Assembly: GCA_965205265.1 (NCBI GenBank)
Contig: CBDBGH010000003.1
Location: 5,056,001-5,120,000, forward strand
Reading direction: 5' to 3'
From: Alphaproteobacteria bacterium
Lineage (GTDB): Bacteria; Pseudomonadota; Alphaproteobacteria; Bin95
Length of the DNA: 64,000 nucleotides
Under the pieces are notes generated by a model. It was not told where the DNA came from. It was given only the letters and a program-made list of their open reading frames with translations, and searched no databases. This document shows positions 53,648 through 63,276 of this stretch, piece after piece; position 1 is the stretch's first letter, and each line of letters opens with the position of its first letter. The position numbers and the translations under genes were made by a program.

Positions 53648-54370
53648 ATGACGGGACTGAGCAGGGTCGATCAGGGCGATTGGGATCTCGACTTCCTGGC
53701 GGCGCTCTGCGCCCGCCTGACCCTTGGGACCCTGCAGCGGGCGCCCGCCGCCGGTCTCTGGCCGGTCGCCTACCTGCGCGGCGACGAGGTATGCGTCGAT
53801 CTCGCGGACAGCCTGCGAAGGCAGTGGTTCCGGCACCGGGCCTCCAGGGCCTCCAGGGTCTGGCCGGACCCGTTTCCGCACATGGCGCCCCGCACGGTCC
53901 GGGTGCTGTGGAAGGCCTGTGCGCATCACGGTCTGCGGCGTCTGCGCACTATCGGCGTATCCGGGGTTCGGGTGACGCTGTCCTGCTGGCAGGAGGGGCT
54001 CGCAAGGGAAACCGAGGTCGAGTGGGCGATGCGGTCTCCCGGCCTGCCGGGAGAGACTGCGGCCGGGGAGCCCGTGGCGATGATGGCCCAGGAAGGGCTG
54101 AGCGGCGCCTGGCGCCTCATTTGCGCGGATGGGCGCACGATGATGGAGACGCTGTCGGACGATGTCGCCGCTTTCGTGCTGAGCGGGAATGAGCGCTTTC
54201 GACGGACCGGCCCGGTGGTTGTGCTTTGGGATGTCGATCCCGATGAATCGGAGCGCGCTTTCGGCTTTCAGGTTATGAGCCTGGACGGCGAGGACGGCGC
54301 TCCCGTGGCCATGCCCTGCGCCTTCCGGGACTATCGGGACATCGCCAGGAGCGACATGGTCACGGAGTGA
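53648..54370 (+). CDS. hypothetical protein
   Basis: RBS, co-directional with parE. Confidence 0.6.
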   Translation: MTGLSRVDQGDWDLDFLAALCARLTLGTLQRAPAAGLWPVAYLRGDEVCVDLADSLRRQWFRHRASRASRVWPDPFPHMAPRTVRVLWKACAHHGLRRLRTIGVSGVRVTLSCWQEGLARETEVEWAMRSPGLPGETAAGEPVAMMAQEGLSGAWRLICADGRTMMETLSDDVAAFVLSGNERFRRTGPVVVLWDVDPDESERAFGFQVMSLDGEDGAPVAMPCAFRDYRDIARSDMVTE

Positions 54371-54483
54371 CCGCTCATCGGGCCTGGCGTTTGCCGCATT
54401 TCGACCGGAGATGGAAAGATTGACGCCCTTTCCGGCATTTCCTGCCCTATGCTCGGCACGCATGCCGGGAGGAGGTGATCGAC

Positions 54484-54771
54484 ATGACAATTCGAAAGAC
54501 AGTATTCGCCGCCATGGCCTCGGCGCTTCTGCTGGCGGCTTCGCCGGTGTCTGCGCTGCAGGAGAAAATGCAGGTCGAGGAGCAGTTCATAGGCTGCTGC
54601 ATTACCAGCAAGGGAGACTGGTGCTGCTTCATCGGCCTCCCCACCTGTCAATGCCGGGTTGGCCATGCTTCCGCCGCCATGACGCCCTTGCCGGATGGCA
54701 AGTATTCCGGCGACAGCCTCAGGGAAGCCATGCAAAAGATGATGGATGCGCTTCCGGACGACGGGACATAG
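54484..54771 (+). CDS. small secreted Cys-rich protein
   Basis: GGAGGAGG RBS, signal peptide ending VSA, CC...WCC...CQC. Confidence 0.65.
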   Translation: MTIRKTVFAAMASALLLAASPVSALQEKMQVEEQFIGCCITSKGDWCCFIGLPTCQCRVGHASAAMTPLPDGKYSGDSLREAMQKMMDALPDDGT

Positions 54772-54845
54772 AACCGCCAGGACGCTGAAACGGCATCCTG
54801 CAACAAGACGCGAGGCCGGCCACAGCCTGCCGCCCCTGTGTCGGG

Positions 54846-55325
54846 TCACGAGAAGGTCGCGCCAAATCCAGGAGCTGCATCGACCACTTCGCGGACCTGT
54901 CCCGCCTTCAGCTTCCTCAGCGGAACTGCGGTTTCATCTTCGAACGGCCATTCCTGTGTGAGAAACGCCCAGGCCAGTTCCGGGTCCCCGATGGCATCGA
55001 GAATTTCCGGCAGGCCGGGGATGACCTTGCGGGGGCCCAGGATCTGCGCGGCCGGAATCCGCAGGCCGCCCTGGGGTGCCCTCCAGGCAAGAAGCGTTCC
55101 CTTGCGCGCCCAGTCGTAGATGGTTGTGCGCGATACCTCCAGTCGTTCGGCCGCTTCGGTCGCGCCGATTGTAGCCAACCCGCATTCGGGGCTGTCCCGG
55201 ACAAACCGCCTGAGCCGGACCGGCAGATCCTTCCCGGGTTTCTCGATGGCGCGCCGTCCGGCCGCGGCGTGTCGAGCGGCGGCAACGGCGACGCGCGCAG
55301 TTCGGGGGTCGTGGTTATCCGGCAT
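54846..55325 (-). CDS. HTH plus Xre/MbcA/ParS-like antitoxin-type protein
   Basis: EAAERLEVSRTTIYDW..G.LLAW...P..Q...AWAFL...PL..LKAG. Confidence 0.7.
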   Translation of the reverse strand: MPDNHDPRTARVAVAAARHAAAGRRAIEKPGKDLPVRLRRFVRDSPECGLATIGATEAAERLEVSRTTIYDWARKGTLLAWRAPQGGLRIPAAQILGPRKVIPGLPEILDAIGDPELAWAFLTQEWPFEDETAVPLRKLKAGQVREVVDAAPGFGATFS

Positions 55326-55718
55326 TGGCGATCCGGTGTCGGTGATTATCATAAAGGGCGCATATTTGCTGGCGTAGCGCGCTTTTGTGGTGCGCACGAC
55401 AAACAGCGTGAGACAGGCGCGGCCGGGTTTATGACGGGGGCCGAGGACGGAAGGAGGGCGTAGCCCGACCGGAGTCCTCGGCCCCCGTCGCGTTGAGATT
55501 TTCGCCTCCCGGAGGGCGGCGACGTCCTGGCGACCGGGTTGGCCGTTCCCGGGCTGCGGCAGGGGGTAGACTGGGGCTTCTGAGAACGATGCGGCGCCGG
55601 CCCCGTTGGCTTGGTGGCAACGACCGGCGCCGCACCCCCCGAGCCATGCAAGGCGCGGCCCGGAAGCGCAGTATCGTGCGCGTCCGGGCGTGGGTCCACC
55701 CCGTTCTCATCGGTCGCG

Positions 55719-56153
55719 ATGAGGAACGCCGCCCGCCTGTTCACCTGCGCCCTGTGCCGCCGCCAGGTGGTTCTCTGCCGGCGCTGCGACTCTGGCCATA
55801 TCTACTGTTCGCCGCGTTGCAGCGGGCGGGCGCGGCGTCGGTCGGTGCGCCTTGCGGGGCAGCGCTACCAGAACAGCCGCCGGGGCCGTCACAAGCATGC
55901 CGAGCGCCAGCGGCGCTACCGCGAACGGCGCCGTGTGCGGCAGCCGGCAGTTCGGGCCATCGCGCAGAAAGTGACGCATCACCCTTTGACCGTCGCGCGC
56001 CGGCGTCCTGATGTGGCGCGCATACCGGCGGGGCGGTCCGGAACCCGGCCCTTCGGGCCCGACCGTCCCGCCCGGGTGTTCCGCTGCGAGCGCTGCGGTC
56101 GGTTCTGCGGCCTGGCGGTCTATCCGGGCCTGCGCCAGGCGCGAAGGGAGTGA
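55719..56153 (+). CDS. Cys-rich protein of IS21 copy B
   Basis: Identical to 9523-9957. Confidence 0.65.
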   Translation: MRNAARLFTCALCRRQVVLCRRCDSGHIYCSPRCSGRARRRSVRLAGQRYQNSRRGRHKHAERQRRYRERRRVRQPAVRAIAQKVTHHPLTVARRRPDVARIPAGRSGTRPFGPDRPARVFRCERCGRFCGLAVYPGLRQARRE

Positions 56154-56357
56154 GATGGCGATCGACAAGCAGACCCGTGCCGAGATCCAGCGGCTGTATT
56201 TTGCCGAGAAGTGGAGGATCGGCACGATCGCGCGCCAGCTCGGCGTCCACCACGGCACGGTCGAGCGCGCGGTAGCGGCCGCCGGGGCGCCCGCGCGTGA
56301 GAGGCGGCGCAGGGCTTCGATGATCGATCCGTTCCGGCCCTTCATCCGCCAGACCCT
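56153..56357 (+). repeat. 205-bp target-site direct repeat (second copy 58274-58478)
   Basis: AGATGGCGATCGAC...CAGACCCT flanks both ends of the IS1634-like element. Confidence 0.9.
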
Positions 56358-58273
56358 CCTGACTTCGACGGTTGATTCGCATAAGTAGTTGATATTGCCT
56401 GGTTCTCATTTCGGCTAGGCACTACATCCGGCATTTCTTCGAGCCGTGCTTCGTCGACGGTCAGGCGAGTTGATACGGGGTGATCGTCAGGGGCAGCCCC
56501 ATGGTTGCGTAAATCTGCTCCGCCGCCGGTGTCGGCTTCGAGGGGATGACGTAGCGGTTGCCCGATTGCCGACAGCGCAGCAGGGAGCACTGGCGGTGGA
56601 CGAGGGCGGAGCGGATGACCTCCGGGGACATCCGCCGCTTCTGGATGGCGACGCGGTACGCAAGGTGTCGAACGCAGGCGAAGGCCAGGAAGGCGATGGC
56701 GATGTGAGCGCGGATCCGGTCCGGGTTCCAGTGCCAGATGGGACGTATCTTCAGGTCGTGTTTGGTGATCCGGAAGCTCTCCTCGACCTGCCAGAGCCCC
56801 TGGTAGTGAGCCATCACTTCGGTGACGCGCGCGTCGCGCAGATTGGTGATGACGCCGGTGAGCCCGTCCCATCGTGCGGCCTCGGCGATCTTCTCCGGGT
56901 TCACCGTGAGCCGTGCGTCGCCCTCGACGGCGATGAAGCGCTTCGCCCCGTGATTGGAGAGCAGTTCCCTGGGATTGTCGCTGCGGGCCAGCCTGTCGAG
57001 CAGGCGTTCCACCTGATGGCGGCGCTCGTGCGCGTCCTTGCGTGCGCGCTGGGGGCAGAAGACGACGATCAGGCGACGGCCCTTGTACTCCCACTCGCCG
57101 ACCCGGCGGTCCTGTGAGCCCTCCAGCGGGGCATAGGTCCCGGGGTCGAGAACCTGCCCCAGCAGCGCGAGCGGCAGCTTGCGCAGCCGCGCGCCGACGA
57201 CATACTCGCCGCCGATGGCGTCCATGGCGTCGAGGTTGTCGGCGCTCAGCATGCCCCGGTCGGCCACGCATACCGTGCGCTCCACCTGGTGGCGGCGCTG
57301 CATGTCCTGCAGGACCGGGACCATGCTGTGTCCCTCGTAGGTGGCGCCGGGGAAGACCTCGTAGCTGATCGGCAGCCCTTCGCGCGTCACCATCAGCGCC
57401 AGCAGAACCTGCGAGTCCTTGTGTTTGCCGTCCTTGCTGAAGCCGTGCTGGCGAAGCTCGTCCTCGGCGGCCGTCTCGAAGTAGAGCGTGGTGCAATCGA
57501 AGAAGAGGATCGCGACCGGCTCCGGCAGCAGCGACCGGCTCGCCTCGCCGACGCGCGTGCGCAGTCGCTCGATCACCGTCGCGTCGAGCTGATCCATCAT
57601 CCGGTAGACCTTCTCGAGCGGAAGACTCACGCCGAAGTCCTCCTCGAGCCGGCGCACGCTGCCCCGCTTGCTGTCGGGGTTGGCTACCCGCGCCATCACC
57701 ACATGGAACAGCGCGTCATGGGAGGCCCGGTAGCGCGAGCGCGGCAGCAGCGCGTCGAGGCCCAGCAGCCGGTAGATCTCGCCATAGACCTCGTGGATGC
57801 CTGTGATCAGGCGCTGCTCCTCTTCAAGCTGCTTGAGGTCGACCGGGAGTTCCTCCTTGCCGTCCCCCCGGCGGCCGACACGGATCGCCTGCTCAGCGAT
57901 CTTCTCGGGCGCAAACAATGCCGGCTGACGCTCGTCCTCCAGCTTCGCCTTGACGTACTCGCCGAGCTGCCTCAGGCGCTCGAGCTCGTCCTCGTCCATG
58001 GCCACGCCGACATGGCGGACGATGCGCTGTCGGACCTTGCCGCCGTCGCGCACGGCCTCGACGATCTGGACCGAGCGTCGCGGGCTGTTGGGGGAGGTCT
58101 TGATGCGCACGAACATGGGGGGAGTGTAGCGCGTGGCGGAGGCATTGACAGTCTCAAAGATTTACTAGGCACTACAACGCAGCTTGACCGCACCGCAACT
58201 GCCAACTCATTGGCTTTACTGAAAACTCCAGACGCGAGATCGGTCAGAAGTCAGCCCAACCGTCGAAGTCAGG
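56358..58273 (-). mobile_element. IS1634-family insertion sequence
   Basis: 17-bp perfect IRs CCTGACTTCGACGGTTG / CAACCGTCGAAGTCAGG; long direct repeats. Confidence 0.9.
56461..58116 (-). CDS. IS1634-family DDE transposase
   Basis: FFDCTTLYFE, GFSKDGK, VADRGM, Y..LWQVEESFR..K.DL.IRPIWHW...RIRAHI. Confidence 0.92.
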   Translation of the reverse strand: MFVRIKTSPNSPRRSVQIVEAVRDGGKVRQRIVRHVGVAMDEDELERLRQLGEYVKAKLEDERQPALFAPEKIAEQAIRVGRRGDGKEELPVDLKQLEEEQRLITGIHEVYGEIYRLLGLDALLPRSRYRASHDALFHVVMARVANPDSKRGSVRRLEEDFGVSLPLEKVYRMMDQLDATVIERLRTRVGEASRSLLPEPVAILFFDCTTLYFETAAEDELRQHGFSKDGKHKDSQVLLALMVTREGLPISYEVFPGATYEGHSMVPVLQDMQRRHQVERTVCVADRGMLSADNLDAMDAIGGEYVVGARLRKLPLALLGQVLDPGTYAPLEGSQDRRVGEWEYKGRRLIVVFCPQRARKDAHERRHQVERLLDRLARSDNPRELLSNHGAKRFIAVEGDARLTVNPEKIAEAARWDGLTGVITNLRDARVTEVMAHYQGLWQVEESFRITKHDLKIRPIWHWNPDRIRAHIAIAFLAFACVRHLAYRVAIQKRRMSPEVIRSALVHRQCSLLRCRQSGNRYVIPSKPTPAAEQIYATMGLPLTITPYQLA

Positions 58274-58275
58274 AG

Positions 58276-59781
58276 ATGGCGATCGACAAGCAGACCCGTG
58301 CCGAGATCCAGCGGCTGTATTTTGCCGAGAAGTGGAGGATCGGCACGATCGCGCGCCAGCTCGGCGTCCACCACGGCACGGTCGAGCGCGCGGTAGCGGC
58401 CGCCGGGGCGCCCGCGCGTGAGAGGCGGCGCAGGGCTTCGATGATCGATCCGTTCCGGCCCTTCATCCGCCAGACCCTGGCGGTCTGGCCCAGGCTGCCA
58501 GCCAGCCGGCTCTACCAGATGGCGGTCGAGCGCGGCTACCGGGGCAGCCAGAGCCACTTCCGGCGCATGATCGCGCCGGAGCGCCCGCGGCCTGTGGCCG
58601 AGGCCTATCTGCGCCTCAAGACCCTGCCCGGCGAGCTGGCCCAGGTGGACTGGGCCCACTTCGGCAAGGTGAGGATCGGGCGCGCGGAGCGCCCGCTGAT
58701 GGGCTTCGTGATGGTGCTGAGCTACTCGCGCCGCATCTTCCTGCACTTCTACCTCAATGCCGCGATGGACAACTTCCTGCGCGGCCATGTCGAGGCCTTC
58801 GAGGCCTGGCAGGGCGTGCCCCGCGAGCTATGGTACGACAACCTGAAGAGCGTCGTGCTGGAGCGCCAGGGCGACGCCATCCGGTTCAACCCCCGGCTCC
58901 TCGACTTCGCCGCCCGCTACCGCTTCCTGCCCAAGCCGGTCGCGGTCGCGCGCGGCAACGAGAAGGGGCGCGTGGAGCGCGCCATACGCTATGTGCGCGA
59001 CAACTTCTTCGCCGCCCGCGCCTGGCGCGACCTCGACGACCTGAACGCCCGGGCCCGCGCCTGGTGCGACGGCGTCGCCGCCGACCGTCGCTGGCCGGAC
59101 GACCGCTCCCTCACCGTGCGCGAGGCCTTCGAGCGCGAGCGCGGCTCCCTGATGGCGCTGCCCGACGACCGGCCCCCCGTCGACGAGAGGGTCGAGGTCA
59201 GGATCGGCAAGACCCCCTACGCCAGGTTCGACCTCAATGACTATAGCGTCCCGCATACCCATACGCGGCGCACCCTCACCGTGGTCGCGACACTGGAGGA
59301 GGTACGCATCCTCGACGGCGCCGACACCGTCGCCCGTCATCCGCGCAGCTTCGACAAGGCGGCCCGCATCGAGACCCCCGAGCACATCGAGGAGCTGGTC
59401 AGGCTCAAACGTCACGCCCACCGCCTGCGCGGGCAGAGCCGCCTTCTCCAGGCCGCCCCCGACAGCGAGCGCCTGCTTGCCGAGACCGCCAGGCGCGGCG
59501 GCAATATCGGCACAACCGTCGCCTCCCTGCTGCGCCTGCTCGACGACTACGGAGCCGTCGAACTCGAAGCCGCCATCGATGAAGCCCTTGAGCGCGGCGT
59601 CCCCCATCCCAATGCGGTGCGCTTCAGCCTGAACCGGCGGCGCGAACAGCGCAACGAGCCACCACCCATCCCCATCGACCTGCCCGGCGATCCAAGACTG
59701 CGCGATATCGCGGTCCGCGATCACGACCTCGGCGGATACGACGGGCTCGCAAGCCACCACGAGGAGGACAGCGAAGAATGA
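58276..59781 (+). CDS. istA: IS21 transposase IstA (full length, restored by the target duplication)
   Basis: Same protein as 8016-9521. Confidence 0.93.
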   Translation: MAIDKQTRAEIQRLYFAEKWRIGTIARQLGVHHGTVERAVAAAGAPARERRRRASMIDPFRPFIRQTLAVWPRLPASRLYQMAVERGYRGSQSHFRRMIAPERPRPVAEAYLRLKTLPGELAQVDWAHFGKVRIGRAERPLMGFVMVLSYSRRIFLHFYLNAAMDNFLRGHVEAFEAWQGVPRELWYDNLKSVVLERQGDAIRFNPRLLDFAARYRFLPKPVAVARGNEKGRVERAIRYVRDNFFAARAWRDLDDLNARARAWCDGVAADRRWPDDRSLTVREAFERERGSLMALPDDRPPVDERVEVRIGKTPYARFDLNDYSVPHTHTRRTLTVVATLEEVRILDGADTVARHPRSFDKAARIETPEHIEELVRLKRHAHRLRGQSRLLQAAPDSERLLAETARRGGNIGTTVASLLRLLDDYGAVELEAAIDEALERGVPHPNAVRFSLNRRREQRNEPPPIPIDLPGDPRLRDIAVRDHDLGGYDGLASHHEEDSEE

Positions 59782-60563
59782 CCCTCAAGGACCGCGCCAC
59801 GGCGCTCGGACTGCACGGCCTCCTCGCCCACTGGAGCGAGGTTGCGGAGCGCGACTGGCTCCCGCCCCTGATCGCATGGGAAGAGGAAGAGAGGCGAAGC
59901 CGAAGCCTCAGGCGACGCCTCACCGCCGCCCGCCTCGGACAGTTCAAGCCGCTCGCCGACTTCGACTGGGACTGGCCAAGGCGATGCGACCGCATGGCCG
60001 TCGAGGACCTCATGACCCTCAACTTCCTCCGCGAGGGCGCCAATGTCGTCCTCATCGGCCCCAACGGCGTCGGTAAGTCCACAATCGCCGCCAATATCGC
60101 ACACCGCGCCGTCCTCGAAGGCCACACCGTGCGCTTCGCAACCGCCGCCAGCCTGCTCGGCGAGCTCGCCGCCATCGACTCCGACACAATGCTCCAGCGC
60201 AGGCTGCGCTTCTACGCCCGCCAGCACCTCCTGGTCATCGACGAAGTCGGATATCTCTCCTACTCCAACCGTCATGCCGACCTGCTGTTCAATATCGTCT
60301 CAAGCCGCAGCCAGCAGCGCTCCACCATCATCACCACAAACCGCCCCTTCGCCGAGTGGAGCGAGGCCTTCCCCAACGCCGCCTGCCTCGTGGCCCTTGT
60401 CGACCGGCTCGTCCACAATGCCGAGATCCTCGCCATCGACGGCGACTCATACCGCCGCAAGGAGGCCGAGGAACGCCAGAAGCAGCGCAGCGCCGATCGC
60501 CGCCGGCGGCGATCGGCAAAAGGAGCGGGCAAGAGCACGGCGCAAGACACGGGGGATGCCTGA
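59778..60563 (+). CDS. istB: IS21 helper ATPase IstB
   Basis: Same protein as 7234-8019. Confidence 0.95.
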   Translation: MTLKDRATALGLHGLLAHWSEVAERDWLPPLIAWEEEERRSRSLRRRLTAARLGQFKPLADFDWDWPRRCDRMAVEDLMTLNFLREGANVVLIGPNGVGKSTIAANIAHRAVLEGHTVRFATAASLLGELAAIDSDTMLQRRLRFYARQHLLVIDEVGYLSYSNRHADLLFNIVSSRSQQRSTIITTNRPFAEWSEAFPNAACLVALVDRLVHNAEILAIDGDSYRRKEAEERQKQRSADRRRRRSAKGAGKSTAQDTGDA

Positions 60564-61449
60564 GCCAGCCGTGCAGCATCTGCATCCATGGGATCGCCGC
60601 CTGCGGGCCGAGGGGCTGCGAAGCTGCCCCCTCGAAGACGTGGTCCACGCCCTCGGCTATCGCCGCGATCCCGCCGATGCCGCGCGCTGGAGACGAGCCG
60701 GTTCGGTCCTCTCCATCAACCGCTTCATGTTCTACGACCATCTGCGCGGAGAGGGAGGCGCCGGGGCCATCCAGCTGGCGGTTCATGCGCTCGGATGCCC
60801 AACGACCGAAGCCCTCGACTTCCTCGCCCAACTGCCGCGCCACTCACGGCTCCCGAACAGTCGCTGTGAGGCGGAGCCCTCGTGCCAGGACCCTCGCTGG
60901 CCGGCGCTGCGGCAATACCTCATCGAGCAGCGCGGCCTCGCCGACGCGCTCGTCGAGCTATGCCGAGGCCTCGGCCTGATCCGTGCCGACCGGCGCGGCA
61001 ATCCCGTGTTCCTCCGCCGAAACGCCGCCAGCAAGGTGGTCGGCATAGAGACCCTCCCCGCAGCGCAGGAGCCGGCCGCAGACGGCGGCTTCTGGATGTC
61101 ATGGGAGCCCGACTGGCCCGGCACCGTCATCCTCACCGGCAGCGCCCTCGACGCCCTGTCGATCCTCTCCCTCCACCTCGTCCCGGAAAAACGCAGCAAA
61201 TGCGCCGTCGTCTCCACCGGCGCCATCACGGCCAGAATCCCCAAATGGGTCGAGGCCTGGAACCCGCGCCGTATCTTCTGTGCCTGGGACGCTACACGAT
61301 ACGGCGATCACGCCGCCCGCCGCATGCAAGACAACGACACAAGAATCGTCCGAATGCGACCGGCCCTCGAAAACCAGGACTGGAACGACATGCTCATCCG
61401 TGACCGCGACGGCGAGCCGCTCGAAACCGATGACCGCCCAATCAGATGA
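60556..61449 (+). CDS. DUF3991/TOPRIM-like passenger protein, copy B
   Basis: Same as 6348-7241. Confidence 0.7.
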   Translation: MPEPAVQHLHPWDRRLRAEGLRSCPLEDVVHALGYRRDPADAARWRRAGSVLSINRFMFYDHLRGEGGAGAIQLAVHALGCPTTEALDFLAQLPRHSRLPNSRCEAEPSCQDPRWPALRQYLIEQRGLADALVELCRGLGLIRADRRGNPVFLRRNAASKVVGIETLPAAQEPAADGGFWMSWEPDWPGTVILTGSALDALSILSLHLVPEKRSKCAVVSTGAITARIPKWVEAWNPRRIFCAWDATRYGDHAARRMQDNDTRIVRMRPALENQDWNDMLIRDRDGEPLETDDRPIR

Positions 61450-61543
61450 ACGCAACACCTAACCCATGCGACGCTGCTCGCAAGCCGCACAAACCGGCCG
61501 TTCCGCGCCAGCAAATAAACGCCCTTCCTAACCGTCGCTAACA

Positions 61544-61664
61544 TCCGGGAACGGTAACGGCGGACCGCGTCCAGGCCTGCCCCTGTCGGCGGTGGCGGAT
61601 TGCCGAGAGCTTCCAGCAAGGCCCTGCTGTCCTGTTCCGACAGCGTCGTGGTCCGATCCGGCAT
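61544..61664 (-). pseudogene. DUF1778-like antitoxin C-terminal fragment, cut by IS21 copy B (original 3' end at 55315-55331)
   Basis: TTLSEQDSRALLEALGNPPPP; removing the IS gives ...RRYRSRIANAG* overlapping the ATG of 54846-55325. Confidence 0.55.
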
Positions 61665-62063
61665 TTCGTCGTTTACGGCCGTCTTCCTCTCCGAGGACAA
61701 TTCGGTTTCTCCTGTGTGTCCCGACCATGTGTCGACTCTCGGATGTGCGCAATCATGCAGGTCAGCCGATGCTGGCGTTGCATGGTCCCGTAATCGCAAG
61801 TCCCATGGGATTGTTCCAGTCGTACCGGCGCTGCGGCGGCGGCATGGACTGCTCGGCTGGAAAACGGCCCAAACGGGAAAGTCGCAGAGACTCCTCATAC
61901 TGCCCGGATGCCGATCGGAGCAGTTCAATCACCTCGGCGTCGCTCGGACGGCCAGGCGCCGGCGACCTGGGGAGAAACCGGTCGGAGTCGGGCATGCTGT
62001 GTTCTCCGTGATGATCTCCGTGATGACGGAAGCACGCCTGGATATGGGCACACGTTGTCCGTT

Positions 62064-62453
62064 TCACGCAAAGTCGCCCTGCAGATCGCCTCTTGCGGCC
62101 AGCACCACACGCTCGACCTCGCCCCGCGCCAGAAGCGCGAGGGGAGCCGCTCCGTCGAGAGACGGCCGAGGTGTGGTCAGCCAGACCCAGCGCACGTAGC
62201 CATCGGCAAACAGTCCGGCCATGCGTTCAAGGCCCGCCAGCGGACGGTTCCGTTCGTCGAGCTGCGCTGCCGGGAACACGAAACCCTGCAGCCCGTTCCG
62301 CCAGCCGACGATCCGGCCCTTCCTGCGCCAGTCATGCACCGACCGGAGCGTTCCGAGACCGATCCGGGCTTGGCACTTTTCCCGTCGATCAGGTGCTGGA
62401 CAGGCTCTTTCCTCGATACGCCCATCTTCTCGCACTCTCCCTGCGCGTTCCAA
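62064..62453 (-). CDS. Xre/MbcA/ParS-type antitoxin-like protein (5' end apparently decayed)
   Basis: SVHDWRRKGRIVGW...FP.AQ...WVWLTTPRPSLDGAAPLALL.RG. Confidence 0.6.
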   Translation of the reverse strand: MERAGRVREDGRIEERACPAPDRREKCQARIGLGTLRSVHDWRRKGRIVGWRNGLQGFVFPAAQLDERNRPLAGLERMAGLFADGYVRWVWLTTPRPSLDGAAPLALLARGEVERVVLAARGDLQGDFA

Positions 62454-62720
62454 GAGGACGCGGCCTCAAATTCCGAGGGGCAGGGTATCCTTCATCGGTA
62501 TGCCCGTCCTTCTTTCCGGAGCCGACCGCGCTCGCGCAGCATCGGCAGATCATGGCTGTCAGGAAACCGCCCGTCAATGCGGCCGTCAGCGCAACGGGCG
62601 CAGGGCAGCCTTTCGCGGAGGATGTGGTTGGTCGTCATTCCAAGAAGATGCGAAGCATGACGCATACTGAGATTGCCAATTGTCAGGATGCGGGTTCGGA
62701 GTCAGGGACGCGCGGCTCTC

Positions 62721-62993
62721 TCAGGGAGCGATGCCCGCCCGGGCCCGGCGAATGAGAGTCAGGACCTCGTCGGCGCCGGCCCGGCCAGACCGGGCCGTGT
62801 CCAGCGGCGTCTTGCCATCCAGCAGCGGATGGGGCCGCGTCAGAAACGCCCTGATGCGGGCCATGTCCCCGCGATAGGCGCATGCGAGGGCGATGACAAC
62901 CCGGGCAACCCCATATAGCCTTTGGGCTCCGGTCACCGTCCTGATGCGGCCATATGAAGGCTCGGCCACAGGATCACGCGGCGGGATGGTCAC
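62721..62993 (-). CDS. Xre/MbcA/ParS toxin-binding domain-only protein
   Basis: RLY.VARV...AFLTRPHPLLDGKTPLD.A...G.DEV..LI. Confidence 0.7.
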   Translation of the reverse strand: MTIPPRDPVAEPSYGRIRTVTGAQRLYGVARVVIALACAYRGDMARIRAFLTRPHPLLDGKTPLDTARSGRAGADEVLTLIRRARAGIAP

Positions 62994-63195
62994 CGGTCGC
63001 TCGCGGCAGACCCGCGAGCCACGCGTCGATCTCCGAGGCCCACCAGCGCACGGCGTTGGAGCTGATCTTGAGCGGCAGCGGGAATTCGTGAGCCCGCATC
63101 AGCCTGTAGATGGTCGAGGTGGAGAGCCCCGTCCGGGCCTCGACTTCGGACCGCCGCAGCAGTCGGTCACCTGGGTCGGTCATGGACATGTTCAT
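62974..63195 (-). CDS. AlpA-family transcriptional regulator/excisionase
   Basis: RLLRRSEVEARTGLSTSTIYRLM...FPLPLKI....VRW..SEIDAW. Confidence 0.9.
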   Translation of the reverse strand: MNMSMTDPGDRLLRRSEVEARTGLSTSTIYRLMRAHEFPLPLKISSNAVRWWASEIDAWLAGLPRATGDHPAA

Positions 63196-63240
63196 CCCTG
63201 TTTTCCATCATTCACCGGGATTGTGGGCAACAATATAGCA

Positions 63241-63268
63241 CAATCGGATTGTCATGACAAGCAGATTG
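63241..63268. promoter_or_regulatory. operator copy 7 upstream of the AlpA gene
   Basis: CAATCGGATTG-tcatga-CAAGCAGATTG. Confidence 0.65.
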
Positions 63269-63276
63269 CTTTAAAT

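Larger units (their letters stand above)
55337..61543 (+). mobile_element. IS21-family element copy B (inverted relative to copy A), interrupted by an IS1634-family element
   Basis: Same ends as copy A; 5-bp duplication TCCGG at 55332-55336 and 61544-61548. Confidence 0.93.

Noticed and set aside
57289-58275. 830-aa IstA fusion ORF
   Set aside because: The N-terminal 329 aa are the antisense frame of the IS1634 transposase; true istA starts at 58276
6254-61543. Composite transposon bounded by the two IS21 copies
   Set aside because: Each copy has its own matching 5-bp duplication and interrupts its own gene, so they inserted independently
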